DNA from: Felis catus | Lineage: Eukaryota | Direction of reading: 5' to 3' | DNA length: 64,000 nucleotides | NCBI RefSeq assembly: GCF_018350175.1 | Contig: NC_058368.1 | Coordinates: 159,776,001-159,840,000 of the forward strand | Shown here: positions 12,292-26,260 of the stretch, piece after piece | Numbering within the stretch: position 1 is the stretch's first letter | Layout of the letters: each line of letters opens with the position of its first letter | The notes under the pieces: model-generated | Databases searched by the model: none | What the model saw: only the letters and a program-made list of their open reading frames with translations | What the model was told of the DNA's origin: nothing | Made by a program: the position numbers and the translations under genes

Positions 12292-14112
12292 CCCTACGTT
12301 TCCTCTAATCCCTTTCCTACCCTTTATTTATTATTTTTGCCAATTCTGTGCATTACTATCTGAAATATTGCTTGTAGATACTTTGAAATGTAGTATAATG
12401 CAGTGTGTGATTTGTAATGGTTATATAATAAACTTGAGCCTCATACCTTCCAGTAACACATCAAACATGACCCAAAGAGTTCTTTATTTTGGATGACAAA
12501 TTTTGTGAAATTTAATATGAGATGTTCTCCATTCAAGCTGAGCAACTTAAATAGGAGTTTTCCTTTAAAGGATGTTTCTTGATTACAGATTTTCAAATAG
12601 CTATGAAACATAATGATTGAACATTGGCCTCTGATCATTCAGCTAAAAAATGGGACTGTACCATGAATTCTTGATCATCCATATTAATTCCCATGCTACT
12701 GAGAGGCTCCCTTTAAAGTCTTTGAAGTATAACAGGTATTATCTCCAGATTATTAATGTTCAAGAGAGCTCACTGTTTGCCAGTCTGTGGGCTTAACCTT
12801 ACACAAATATTATTTTAATATCTGTTAATCCTTTAAGTTGAACATTTTTTTTCTTTTCAGCAGCAAAAATAAATTTACTCTTGTTCCTGTGATAACGGAT
12901 AACTGTTTCCCTAGACAAGGATTTAAGAAAATGCTGATATGGTGGTGCCAGGCTACTTGCATTGTTCATGCAAAAGCTTGAAGCATACACAATAAGTTGG
13001 CTTTGTATAAAGATAGAGGCTTAGGAACTGGAAGGTGTGAAATGTCTTTCCTCAATGTTGTTTGCTCACATCCTGGAGAGACCCACAAGGCTGATAAAGC
13101 TGAGCAATCATTCATTGAAGGGTTTGTATAGGTTTCTGTGTGGGAACACTGCAGACTCAGCATGGAAATGAAAGAATGTGAAAAGATCTCCTGAGAGAAG
13201 TCTCAAAGCACTTCCTGAGAGCATGCCAAAAGGAACCCCTGAAGAAAAGAACTGTGGATTGCACATAGTGGATGAAAATGCAAGACCCTTGAGTCAATTC
13301 CCATTAAGTACACTTTCCCTTCTCTTGTTTTGTAGTCCCCTAGGAGGCATCAATTAGTTGCACCCCAAGGTACAAGATTTCCCATTTTCCTGAACAAGAT
13401 GTCTTTGGAGAACTTAAGACAAATTTTCCTTTTACTTTCATGGCTTGAACTCTCCCTAAATTGTACTCCTTTAGTTCAGTTATTTTGAAAATGGAAAAAC
13501 AAAAGAGTAAACTGCAATAAGACCTACAAGGTGCCAAGTAAATTCAAAACAACTTACAATTGAAGTTTTCTCAACTAAAAAGTCTCCATACCTTGAAATT
13601 AGGGAGGCTTTACTCTTTCCAAGCACAACTATGGTTGGAGAAATGTGTGTAATCCCTCTGGATTCTATGAGGAGTCGGCAATTAAAAAGACAACAGCAGA
13701 GAGGTCAGAACTCCAGAATCAGTAATGGCCCAATCTGACTCATTAGCAATGAGAAATACCAACTGAAATCCATTACTAACAGCAATGCCGATTTTTACAA
13801 TCTATTCTTAAATCAGTCATTATTTGGGAAGAAAAGTCATCACTATTGTGATCTTTAAGAGAATTCTCATATACTTAATGGAAAGGTTGCCTTGTAAGAT
13901 GACTTAAGACAATAGATTTTTCAAATTGCTATGAAATCTAGAGGATACTTGAACAAAGGCCTTTGCATCTTAGTGTTAAAATCTGTTTAATGAATTGTTG
14001 AAACACTGTTACAAGATTTAATTTCCCGATATTTTCTTTCCCCAAAAAAGTCTCGAGAATATATGAAAGCCAAACTTAAACCAGTTTATATGTAATATAT
14101 TATTGGGAAATC

Positions 14113-14151
<39 letters not shown>
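14113..14151. repeat. (ATT)n microsatellite
   Basis: Direct reading. Confidence 0.95.
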
Positions 14152-14152
<1 letters not shown>

Positions 14153-17100
14153 GCAGGTTGTTGTGTAATTACAATTATTTATCTCTGCACCTAAAACAAC
14201 TTACCAATAAGCAGACTAAGGGCCAATTTATGCCCAGCAAAAAAGGGGAAGAGTGTTGATTCTACAGTTTATTGTCTGTTTAAAGAAACAGAACAAAGTG
14301 AAAATTTAGGGCAACTGAGTTTTAAACATATTTTCGTGTTACTGTGTTGGCTGGTAAGTCTGATTAGTGTTAAAGCAAAACTGGTCTTAGAAGAATGCAA
14401 AATCCTTTATGTTTAGAAAAAAAAAATCAGTATCTTTTATGATTTATCCAGAGCATAGACCAATACAAGTAAAATATAATATGTTAGACTAATCATTGTA
14501 TTTTGTTTCTATCTGGTTCTTTCTCAGATACTTGGGAGGAAAAATAAGTGGGAGGATAAATTAAGTTGTAAGAGGAAGTTTATATGAAGAAAATCTTGAA
14601 AATTCATTATTCATTCAAATAATATTTACCAAACTTTAATAATGTGCCAAAGCGTGATTTAATAGTGGTTTTGCCAAAACATTTGCAATTTCTCCTGGCA
14701 CCTTTTTTAAGCACTTGGCACATAGTTTGCACAATGCAGACCCTCAACCAAAACTGAATGAATGAATGAATGAATGGGACAAAGAGAACATGGGTCTTTT
14801 CCTGTCTTGTAGAGAGTAAAATCAATAGAGATGACACTTTCCTAAAAGATACTATTGCTTATTTAACATTGCAGTTTTTAATTTCTTGATTATATATTAT
14901 ATGTATTATACACTTTAGCCTGTATATTACCTAATCTCTATTTTATTTAATGATTTAGATTTTATTCTAAAATGAAATGAAATTATTTTATTAGTGCTTA
15001 AAGTGTATGTGGTAAATAGAATTAAGATCCTAGAATAGGCAAAAGATGTGATGACAGGCTTTGATTATAAGTTGTTGTGTTGGGGGACCTTATGCATTCA
15101 TGACATATTTTAATCCACAGAAGTTGAAAGGCAAGACCTACTACAAATTTTAAAGGACTTGTGAAAAACAATTTTATGCAAATTTGTCCATCATTTATGA
15201 GATAAGAGATGATCTTTGTTGTCATTTTAAAAATATAATATTGATTAAAATTAAGTTCAGGAAAAAGAATTGAATTAACCAACATCCAAACAAATTTTGA
15301 GAAACAAAAAGAAATCAGAAAACATATCATATCTTCTATAGAAGGGAAGATAGTGGTCTTGCCTGGTTATGTTCAAACTAACTCTTGAGAATCATAATCC
15401 AATCTCAACCATACAGCCCTGCCTGCATTTAAATTCTGATTTTTAAATTTCTTATCCTATTTGTGTAACACCTGGTATGAACACTAAAATCTTTACTTTC
15501 ATTCCAAGCATAACGTTCCTGAATTCTACCATCAGGACTCCCCCTGTCTTCTGCTACTTCCTACCCTTTTCTTGTCCTTCCTCCCCACTCTCCCCCGCTT
15601 CACCATGATAATCCATTGATCCTACTCCATCACACAAGGGCTTTTAGAAATTCCAGGGTCCTTGACCTGTTCTTCAGACCTTCTGTTCCAATCCGTACCG
15701 TCAACATTTTAAAATGGATTCAAAATGGAAAAATTCTTCCTTGGGATAGGTAGACTCAGAAGTACAACACTTGGAGCTAAGACTTCTTTGCTCATGATTC
15801 CTTCTTTGTAGACGAGTTAATGTTACTGAGGGAAGGTTCAAAAGGAAAGACAATGCAGTATCCTATTTCTTAAAACTCAACACCTCTTATATCCTTATCT
15901 TTCACTCTACCCTTCCTGTCCTGGCTACTATATCTGAGCTAACTGATGCCCAGAAATGAGGTCAGAGCAACTTCTAATGCGAGAATAATATGATCAAGGA
16001 TCAAGGAGGAAGAATAGTGTATTCTTTGAAAACCACTCTGCAGCTTTCACAGCAGCATAATTAATGATTAATGAGCTGTCCTTTTGTTTGTGAGGATAAT
16101 ACCACTGGCCCAAGACTGGACATTCCTTTCGAATTATTGTTTTGGAAGTGGGGAATGACTGTATAGAATCTTCCACAGCTCATTGATCATTTGCTTTTTA
16201 TCAAGCAAGTTACAGGTTGGATGCCTAGGATAAGAGAAGTCCGTGACCATTGAGAATCTGTATTTTTTAAATGTAAGGGTGGTGTTGATTCAAATTTTTT
16301 GCTGGTTTCCTTTTTTATTTCATCCTTGGAGACTCCTATTTTCTTTCTTCCTTGCTTTTTCTTCCTCTCCTCTTTTGAACTTATTTTTTCATTCTTCACA
16401 TTTTGACACCACCTCATCATCACATGTTTTCCTCACTTCACCCAAAATGGATTAAAGCTTTCATAGCATATTAATAATCAAGGATTTTTGCATCAAATAT
16501 TTCTTATTTGTGTACATAGAATTGTCTTTCAGTAGACTTGATCAAACAAGGTGGGCTTTAAGACTTTATACTATATTTCACAATCAAGTCTTGAATTTTT
16601 CAGTTAATCTTGACAGACAAAAATCTCATTCCTATCTTAATAGTCAAGGTGAAAGTATTATATTACTAATAGTTTTGCACCTGAACATACTATATTAGTA
16701 TCGAATCACACAACTGAAGTATGAAATCCTATTAAAACTTGTTTTCCCTTCATTACACAAAAGACAGCATTGACAGCGTATTTTGTCAACATTGAATACT
16801 GTGGACAAAAAGTGCTAAATTACATTTTTAATCCATGACATCACCTTGAATAACATGGTGCTCAGAATTCATCTCAATATTATGGGGAAATAGTAGAATG
16901 CTATGAACAATATATATTAGTGAGTAACTCGTGGCTGAAGTTTCAGGGGACATCTGTAGCTAAAAAGCTTTTCTCCGCTCTCCATAATATAGTGATTGAA
17001 AACCTCTCTTTCAACTACATACCTCCCACCCTCATTTTAGCAGTCTGTGAAATTTCCTTTGCATCACTGAAATACGCTCTAAATGGGGTTTTCTTTGAAG

Positions 17101-17273
17101 ACCACCCAGAAGCTACAGCTGGTGTAAAATGCAGCTGATTGGTCCAATTTGCATTCATATTTAGTCCAGAGTGCAACTAGGCCTACGTGGCTTTACTTAG
17201 GCCTGTTTCCTGTGGGTCAAATGACAAGAAGAGCTGAGAGATCCCTCAGCTTTCTCTAAGTTCTATCTAAAGT

Positions 17274-17400
17274 TATGATGACCATATAATTTATCACCCA
17301 AGCTGAATATTTTCCAGAATTAAAAAAAGGTGCTACTAATAATGATACTTCAAGCAAACTGAGTCTTCCAGCGCAAGGAACAGGCTTATGGGGAAACCCA
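17274..17400. mobile_element. MER81-like hAT-Blackjack MITE
   Basis: tgaccatataatttatcacccaag...ggtgctactaataat matches the recalled MER81 consensus. Confidence 0.65.
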
Positions 17401-18139
17401 TGAAAGATCAACAATCATAGACTCCTTTGCTCACAATGAATTGACATCAGTCTACTGGACATTACCAAGTCATTGACATTTCACTAGTAACATACGCTGA
17501 TCCATATTGCTGTGGTTTACAGATGGTGATTAATTGTTATTAGTATATGATTGCAACCTATGTTAGGCTATCTTTCCTATATCATAATTTAGTTTAAAAA
17601 AATACAATATAAAAATGTTTAAATACATTTTAATTTCCTACTATTTTTTCCATAGCACAGCACTTTTGCCTAATTTAAACTCTACAAAATTAATTAAGAA
17701 TAAATTCTTTCTCACTTTTTTCTCTTTCCATATCGATATGAAGGTATGGCTAGGAAATACCATGAACTAACCAAAGCTTTTTTAAAAAATCTCTTTACTC
17801 TCCTCTCCATACCCTTTGCATTCTTTTACATTGTGTCTTCAAACACCTCATATGTTTGGTGTGGGTTTGGGAGGGCTTTTTGTTTGTTTTTCTACAAGCC
17901 AGGGAGAATTAAATTATTAAACGAGTCAGTTTAAAATGTCAACAGAAAATTCTGTTTCTTCCTCTTGATTGATCCTGGGCCTTTTCAAACCTCATCATCC
18001 AAAATGTATTTGCATACTTCATTCTCTGTTGTCTGGAATGAAGTAACTAAACTGGAGTTTGACACTAACAGAAAGTGATTTTAATGGAGAAACAAAGCCT
18101 AGAATTGTTAGCAGTACAGGAAGCTGCTTTCTGGTGACA

Positions 18140-18567
18140 ATATGCTGCTGTATGATAACTATACACATGTGCTATTGAGACACATTATACAAAGCAAGAC
18201 TGATTATATATACAGAGGACACCGATCTAATAATATTAATGACAATGAGAGCCAAGTTTCTCAGTGTTAGGGAAGGAAGTTATAATAAGAAAAGTGAGAA
18301 ATCTAGAAAGAAGCCTTGAGTTTGAACTGGAATTGGAGATATCAATATAAACTTATGATTTTAAACATATGCATATAGATACTAAAGAAGAGATAAAAAA
18401 TGTGCTTAGTGCACATTTTATATTTATATTTATACATAGATTCCCTAACTCCATCCACTGAGAGGTACTAACAACAAGTAGCAACATCCACATTAGATGA
18501 GTTTATACATAATACCATGATGCACTAAAACAAATACAGATTCCTTGGAGAAATGCCTGATTCCTGA
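18140..18567 (+). mobile_element. Ancient L1MC-like 3' fragment
   Basis: agccaagtttctcagtgttag, ggaattggagatatcaatataaactt and agattccttggagaaatgcctgattcc are typical of L1MC/MD 3' UTRs. Confidence 0.7.
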
Positions 18568-18770
18568 TCACTACAGCTAGAAAGGATCCCTCTAACCTCT
18601 GAATCCTTGTGGAGTTTTATGCTAATGAAGTGAAAATAATGCCAGCACACTGTGCCACAGTTATTTGCATAGGCATTTCCCCATAGGACATGAACAATGT
18701 CCTTTAGATCTTCTGAATGCCTTGGAGTTCAGTGCTTCCTGAACAAAATAGATTCCCAATAAATGACAGT

Positions 18771-18877
18771 GGAAGGAAGGAAGGAAGAAAAGGAGGAAGG
18801 AAGGAAGGAAGGAAGGAAGGAAGGAAGGAAGGAAGGAAGGAAGGAAGAAGGAAGGAAGGAAGGAAAGGAAGGAAAGG
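18771..18877. repeat. (GGAA)n microsatellite
   Basis: Direct reading. Confidence 0.97.
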
Positions 18878-19333
18878 TGACTTTAATATGAATTTAATAA
18901 AATGTGCTCAACATACTTCTCATGCATAGATATTGTGTTAGAAATAAAATATTGCTAAAAAGACGATATACCATAGCATGGGACAAAAATGTCCAACAAG
19001 TAAATCAGATTCTGAAGATAAATCTTGAAGACTTACCTTGTTGATCTCCAGCCAGGTACCATTCTTGGTGTCATTTGACAGTAGACAGAGAAAGAACCCA
19101 CTCAGGCACCTTTTATACCATTCTACTTAAGAATTTCACTACCTACTTTCCCAACTGCCCAACTATTTAGCACCTCTCTTCTTATTCCCTTGAGAGAAGA
19201 TTTCAAATCTTCATGGAAATAAAAACAAACACTCCTCAAAATCTTTGATAACTTCGTATAGATTAGGTTTTAGATACACCCATCCCATGCATTACTCATT
19301 TTGATGAAAAACAATTAAGATAAGTAGCACCAT

Positions 19334-19517
19334 GGGGCGCCTGGTCAGTTAAGCATCTGACTCTTGATTTTGGCTCAGGTCATGAGATGGAGCCCTACAT
19401 CAGCTCCATGATGGGCATAGAGCCTACATAAGATTCTCTCTCCCTCTCTCTCTCTCTGCCCCTCCCCCACTTGTTCTCTCATTCTCTCTCTCTCTGTCAA
19501 AAAAAATCCATAAAAAA
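19334..19517 (+). mobile_element. Can-SINE (older type, small deletions)
   Basis: TSD aagata(a)agtagcacca on both sides. Confidence 0.92.
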
Positions 19518-19795
19518 AAGATAAAGTAGCACCAGGGCTAATCATAAATGGCACAATTTTCCTTTCTACTTGCTATTTTATGCTGCTACCACTTAATCAT
19601 AATTGTATTCACTACAATGATCACCAAGTATTTAAATGAAATTGTGGAATATCAGGTATAATTTTTATCTGTGAAATACTAAGATTGACTACAGATGCTC
19701 TATGCACATCCAGTCACTTTTAAGCAATGTTTGTATTTCCTAGTGAAATATAAGATGATCCATTTTTCCCGAGTTTCTATAAAAGTCTATGCAGA

Positions 19796-20030
19796 GGGGC
19801 ACCTGGGTGGTTCAGCCGGTTAAGCATCCGACTTCAGCTCAGATCATGATCTTATGGTTTGTGGGTTCAAGCCTGGCACCGGGCTCTGTGCTGACAGCTC
19901 AGAGCCTGGGGCCTGCTTTACATTCTGTGTCTCCCTCTCTCTCTGCTCCTCCCCTGCTTAAGCTCTGTCTCTCTCTGACTCTCAAAAATAAATAAACATT
20001 AAAAAAAAATTTTAATAAAAAAAATTTTTT
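19796..20030 (+). mobile_element. Can-SINE
   Basis: TSD aagtStatgcagag on both sides. Confidence 0.95.
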
Positions 20031-21432
20031 AAGTGTATGCAGAGAATATTGGACAAGAAGTATAATATCCATCTTTTATGGGTTAAGGCCAAATGAAGGA
20101 AAATTTGATAGACCTTATGATATTATAGCTTATTTCTGACTTTAGGCCATACTTGTAAAATGTTGATCAAAGAGACATTGGGTGTTATAAACTCCTTCTT
20201 TTATAATTGGAGAAACTGAGAAATGGCAAGTTTCATCATCCCAAAAATAATTTGGTACAAAGTTCAAGTGAGCCTATTATTCTTTCCACTACATTATACA
20301 TTGGTTTAATACTGGTTTTGCATGTGCTATTTACCTTAGATCCATGGTCACTTGAAAACCCTTTGCCAACATAAAAAAATCAGGACTGACTTGTACCCAG
20401 TATATATAGATTCTTTCATATGTAGAAGGTCTGTGATAAATATATATTAATTTGATTTGCCTGTTTAACTTGCAGCAATCGTTATATCTTCATGGTTGAT
20501 ATCATGTTTGTTCATGCTGCAAAAGAAAAATTATTTGAAGCTTTCCACTTCTAAATATTTTATGAAATGATCAATATACTTTTTGTGGTGAAATACAAAA
20601 GGCAATGACAACCAGACCTACCAGTAAACCATTTTATATTTTACTTTAATTATCACTCACAAATCTTTAATTATGAGTATAAAGAAGACCTACAAAAATA
20701 ATTGCCAGCACTTTCCTTTTGATTGTCTTGTGTAATTTAAAATCAATGTTAAAACTAAATAAACATTAAAAAATTTTAAATCAATGTTAATAATTAAGTT
20801 ATATTTTAGAAATGTAAAACATCTGGGAAAAGACAGTCATCAAATATTATCTTGCAAAAATGCTGCTTTGTTAAGCATTTTGAGATGTAATTTATACTGT
20901 CCTCTCTGTCAACTACGCTCATCCCTGTTTCTCCATAGAAGGTTTAATAAAATTATGGAGACAGCCAATTTATGCAGAATTTCCTATGTATCTATTCAAC
21001 TACAAAAATTACTTGGCTAAATTAGGGCCACAAACCCAATACATAAATCATGAGGTTGTTTTGAGGACTTCTCTTCAGCTGCATAAAATGGAACAATTTA
21101 TCTTTTTATTTAACCAATAGAAAAATCATACAGATCTTTGGATTAATTATTCATGTCATGGACATCAGTAACGAATCTCTTGCATCAGTTCCCTGTTTCT
21201 ACATGAAATGAATTTGAAGTTTTTTGCCTTGAAATTGTCTGGGTTTTTTGTGCTTATTATGATATACCTAATTCTAACTAAGCCCAGTGCGTAGCACAGA
21301 GTAAACATAAAATATAATTGGTAGAATTATGTTGAATGCTTACCTCAGCATTTATAATCCTTTTGGTATTAAAATATGTGTATTGATATTAAAGTACTGG
21401 GCAGATAGATAAAATGTGCATGGTTGGATAGA

Positions 21433-21601
21433 TTACATATATATCTAGATATATGTATACATATACATATCTAGATATATATATATGTGTATATATATGC
21501 ATATATACATATATATGTATATATGTATATATGTATATACATATGTATATACATATAGATATATATGTATATTTATATATCTAGATATGTATATGTATAT
21601 A
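21433..21601. repeat. (TA)n/(TATG)-rich low-complexity tract
   Basis: Direct reading. Confidence 0.95.
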
Positions 21602-21882
21602 TCATTCATCTTTGAAAATATCTGAGGCATTAAATATCTATTTATAATTATTAGATCCCTTAGTGAGTTCAACAATAACCTCTGCACTATTGACAAATAT
21701 TTTAAGCTCCAGCCATCTTATTTCAAGCAATAGTAAAATTCCAGTGCAATAAATAATTTGTACAGTTTCATAGAAGGTGCTGGCATTTGATTTTGATTCC
21801 TAAATATTGGTTTATAACTTCTAATGTATATTTAGATATCAAAATGGTAGCATTCCCAACATCTCTTGGAAAAAGTTCTAAA

Positions 21883-21993
21883 TTCCGATTCTGTGTCTCC
21901 CTCTCTCTCTCTGCCCCTCCCCCGTTCATGCTCTGTTTCTCTCTGTCCCAAAAATAAATAAAAAACGTTGAAAAAAAATTTAAAAAAAAAAAA
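21883..21993 (+). mobile_element. 5'-truncated young felid Can-SINE
   Basis: Starts mid-body (ttccgattctgtgtctccc). TSD gaaaaagttcta at 21869-21880 and 21994-22005. Confidence 0.93.
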
Positions 21994-24900
21994 GAAAAAG
22001 TTCTATTAAGGAACATAGATTTTGAATGCTAATTCCCATTCTGTAAGTAATATACCAGATGATCCTGACTGAATTCATTAATTTCTTTTTCTTACTGTTG
22101 GCTGGGACCATTTTGGAGGCCATTTATATGACTCCAGGAGAAATAGATAAGCCTGTCTTATTGATTTGTCATAACTTCATGTATATTAAGTTAGAGACCT
22201 AAAAGATAATAAAAATTTCTGGCAAGCACCAATATTCATTTTTTCTTACTCTTAAGGTAATAGATGATTTTCTAATTATTTTAGTCTTAACCTAGGCCCC
22301 CTTCCCCTTTTTCTTATTTCAACCATTATTGTTTAAAATCTTTAGAAAATGTGTTAACATTAATGTTAATAGAATGTAATAGTCAATAGAATGTAATAAA
22401 TATCATATGATCTTTCTTTTGATTTTGCATGTTTTAGGCCATCTAGGTTATCTCTGTCAACATCAATGATTTTATAGAGGATGACAGATATATAAGATGT
22501 AGACATGTGCTGATCTTATAGAAGTACTGGACACGTCCTGAGTAAGGCAGACATTCTAGGGTGACTTTTTAATTTAGCTTTCTGACATCAGCTTTGTTGA
22601 CTTGATTCTTTGCCAGAAAAGACAGTTATACTTTTAAACTCCCATTCATTAAGAATTCTGGCTAGATAAAACCAATGTCTTCTTAAAAGAAACTGCATAT
22701 GAATAAACCTGCACTGTGTTAGTTTCATTTACTTCTAGTTTTGTAATAAGTAAAACAACTATAATTAATTAGACAGTATCTATAAAGACTCCTAAACTTA
22801 AATGGAATTTAACCAAGGCTATTTCTCATGCTATTAAATAAAAAATTATTCTATTAAAAAAATGTTAACAAATCAGCCAAAGCCTTCAAATAGAGTATTT
22901 CTATTTTATCCATGTCAAGATGTAATAAGTAAATTTATTTCATATGCCATAGAAAGATAAGGGAAAATCTCTGGTTAACATTTAGAATCAAAATTCAAAT
23001 ACATCTTCCAGGATCACTTGGTCTTTTCTGGATCTTGCTCTCTTCCCCTTATATGTGCATGGATCAGCTGATCTCAAATGGTCTTGAAATCAAGGACTTC
23101 TTAACACTAAGGAAGCAAATTTGGGCCTTTGATCACAAGTATTCACACTCACAACAGGGAGAAACTAAAAGAGAAGAAGGTCATACAGCTGCAGAAGGAA
23201 AAGCTTTTTGAAAATTCCAAATATATGTTGAAAACATGAAATAAAACCACGTGATTCTGTTTTTGAGGCTACTAATTATCATTCTAAAATCATTACTGAA
23301 AAATTATTGCACCAAAAGCATATTTAATGTATTTTTATTGTTAATTCATGTTGAACCACCTGGTAGAAAATCCTCAGAATGATCTCCATTTCTGCTTGCC
23401 CAGGAAATACTTGGGTTGAAGAAAAGTCAACTTCATCAATAAACATATGTATGCATGTGCCAACATAAAGGTGGCAAACTATTAGATTCTCTCAAATCTG
23501 TACAAAAACAACAAAGTTAGCAGCATACTGAGCTCCCTAGCTGTCTGAGTTTCCCACACTGGGGTTCTTTTACTGACAAGAAGCTATGATTTGTGTTACC
23601 AAAAAATGTCAGCTCCTAATTCGGATGGAGCTGAGATGAATTATACATAGGTCATTAGAAGTGGTGTGGTCTACAGTGAAAGGGATCTCAACAAAATTCA
23701 ACCACTGACATGCTGAGTGCTTTGAATAAATCAATCATTAGCCATCTGCCTTGATATAGGCATTGAAAAATGGGGGTGCGTAGAGAACTACTTATTAATA
23801 TATGCCTGTAAATTATTTTGAACTTCTCTTAGCAAAAACATCAAAGAAAAAGAAAATATTCCAAATTATCTATAGTTACCATTATTTCATTTTCTTGTGG
23901 ACTAAAATGTTTCTCCTACATTTTGAGTCCCTGTTGCCCAGCTGTTCCTGCTGATTTGTTTTCTAAATGACCACTTCTAATGATTTTTTGGTCATCTCTT
24001 ATAGGATATTGTATATCATTCCCTATCTAGAAAACACAAAAAAGAAGTAGGGGGATGAGGAGTGGGGGCAAGGGGTGTGGTCTGCATCATTATAACATTT
24101 ATGTCAAGCAGCAGGGAAGTCCCAATTAAGGAGGGTACAGTTACTTCCCTTTATAGGAAATCTTATACTCCGTAAGAGAGATCTAGGCACAGGCTAGGAT
24201 TGGGACTAAGAACAGGAAAAAAAATGACACAGAACACTCTATAACCGTGAGACAGACTGTGATAGATATTTCCACTAAGAATCCAAATAGCCAAGTATTA
24301 CAGAGTTCTTAAGTTCTAAGTGGAGGAACCATTGAGCTACAATGGCAGTCAGATGAAATCCAAAATCCTGAAAGTAGTAAAACCAAAGAGAATCAAGGTC
24401 ACCTATCAAAAGCAGTGACACTGAGAATAATGCCAAGAATTCTAGTAGACTCTCATGGACCCAGCTATCTAACAGACACATTCTACTGGTAACAGAGAAA
24501 TGCAACTGAGAATAAATGTAATCTGTTTAAAAAAAAAATGCATCATCTCCCCTGGGAAAGTAGCTCAAAAGACATACTTGTTTATATTGTTTAAATCTAT
24601 CACAACCAAAACCCCATCTTGCATATATCATCAAGCAAAATAAACAGGCTTTTCTAGGATACAAACTTCCTGTGAAGAAATATGGCTAAGACTGGCAATA
24701 ATATGAACCCATGAAGCGGAAGATTATTCCTATATTCCCAACTCACCTTCCTCAGAGATCTTTGAGAGAACACTGTATGAGGAGAGAGACACCATGAGGA
24801 TTGACATTGCTGAAGAGACTCCAGTAGCAAAAACTGTTAAAAACTAAACCATAAGCAGGGAGACTCAATCTGAGCCACAGAAGAAAAATAAGACAAATAA

Positions 24901-25605
24901 AATTTTTATAAACCAAATTCTGCTTGTCTTGGACATTTTGCAAATGGAAAACATTATATTAAATCTTAAGTTATTTATCTAAGGTTGATACTTTACATTT
25001 GAATTTACACCACCACCATTTCATAACATCAAAGCAAGTCTGTTTAAACTTTTCTTCCCTCATCCTCATACCAACATGAAAGCTGAATAGGAAAAACCGA
25101 TCTGGCCAACTGTAGGTAACTTAATGTATTCTTGTCCATATTTCAAAATGAACTGTCAGGACTGTGGAGAGAGAGGGGAGAGGGGAAAGAGTGCATCTAA
25201 AACATAATAGTGAACAATGTATACCTGTTGAGGATCTGGTCAAGATGACCAGCAGCTGACCATTAAAGCTGCCACCCGTAATTGAAAATATTGAAGTTGC
25301 CCAATTTTGAGCACCCTCATCCATAGCAAAAGCCCATGGAATGCCAGCTGTCATTGTGTTGGCGCAGGCAGTATTGTTTCTTCTCCTGCCAGGCACACAC
25401 ATCTCATTTGCTTCCCCCAGTTATTTTTCCAAGCCAACCAGCCCTCCGGACAGCTCTCCCTGCTGTATCTGAGATGCAGTCTTTTGAGATTTCCTACCTA
25501 ACTTGACTTCAGTATACTTCAGTGGGAATAAGCTAAAATTTACTAGACATTAGAAGAAGTTTTTATTGTTGTTGTTATTATTCTAAAGGTAATATAAAAA
25601 AGAGG

Positions 25606-25733
25606 CAGGGCCTCCACCTACAGCCATGTGGCTTAGACTGCATACCACACAATACCATGCAACTCCATGGGATGACATTGATATGGACTATGATGTCACT
25701 GGTGCCTCCAAAAGTTGTAAAATTCAGTGGCTC
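25606..25733. mobile_element. MER91-like hAT-Tip100 MITE
   Basis: cagggcc terminus and an imperfect palindromic core (caactcc...gacattgatatggactatgatgtcac...agttg). Confidence 0.6.
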
Positions 25734-26044
25734 TATCCTGTGGCCTATTACAGTATAGAGAGTTTAACAATCAGATAAAACCTGTTCGTTCTTCTCAGAC
25801 ATCTTCCTAGCATTCTTCCTAAAAACTTATGTAAATCTCTCTTTTATTTTCAAGGTATACAGAGAATATCTGTACAATATGATTTCCATATTCTTTCATG
25901 ATACATTATTAAAAGAACTAAAGAGGGAGAAAATCTTAAATATCTGATTTTCTTTACCAAAGAGAACATTTCAAAAAGAAAGAAAGGTGTTTAGTTTTGT
26001 TTTTCAGCTGGTATATTCACCAGAATTCAACAAGAATATTCTTT

Positions 26045-26260
26045 TTTTTTAATTTTTTTAATGTTTATTTATTTTTGAGACAATGCAAGAGACAGAGTGC
26101 AAGTGATGGAAAGACAGACAGAGGGAGACAGAGAATCTGAAGCAGGCTCCAGGCTCTGAGCTGTCAGCACAGAGCCTGAGGCAGGGCTCGAACTCACAAA
26201 TTGTGAGATCATGACCTGAGCCGAAATCGGATACTTAACCGACTGAGCCACTCAGGTGCC
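26045..26260 (-). mobile_element. Can-SINE
   Basis: TSD acaagaatattcttt at 26030-26044 and 26261-26275. Confidence 0.96.
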
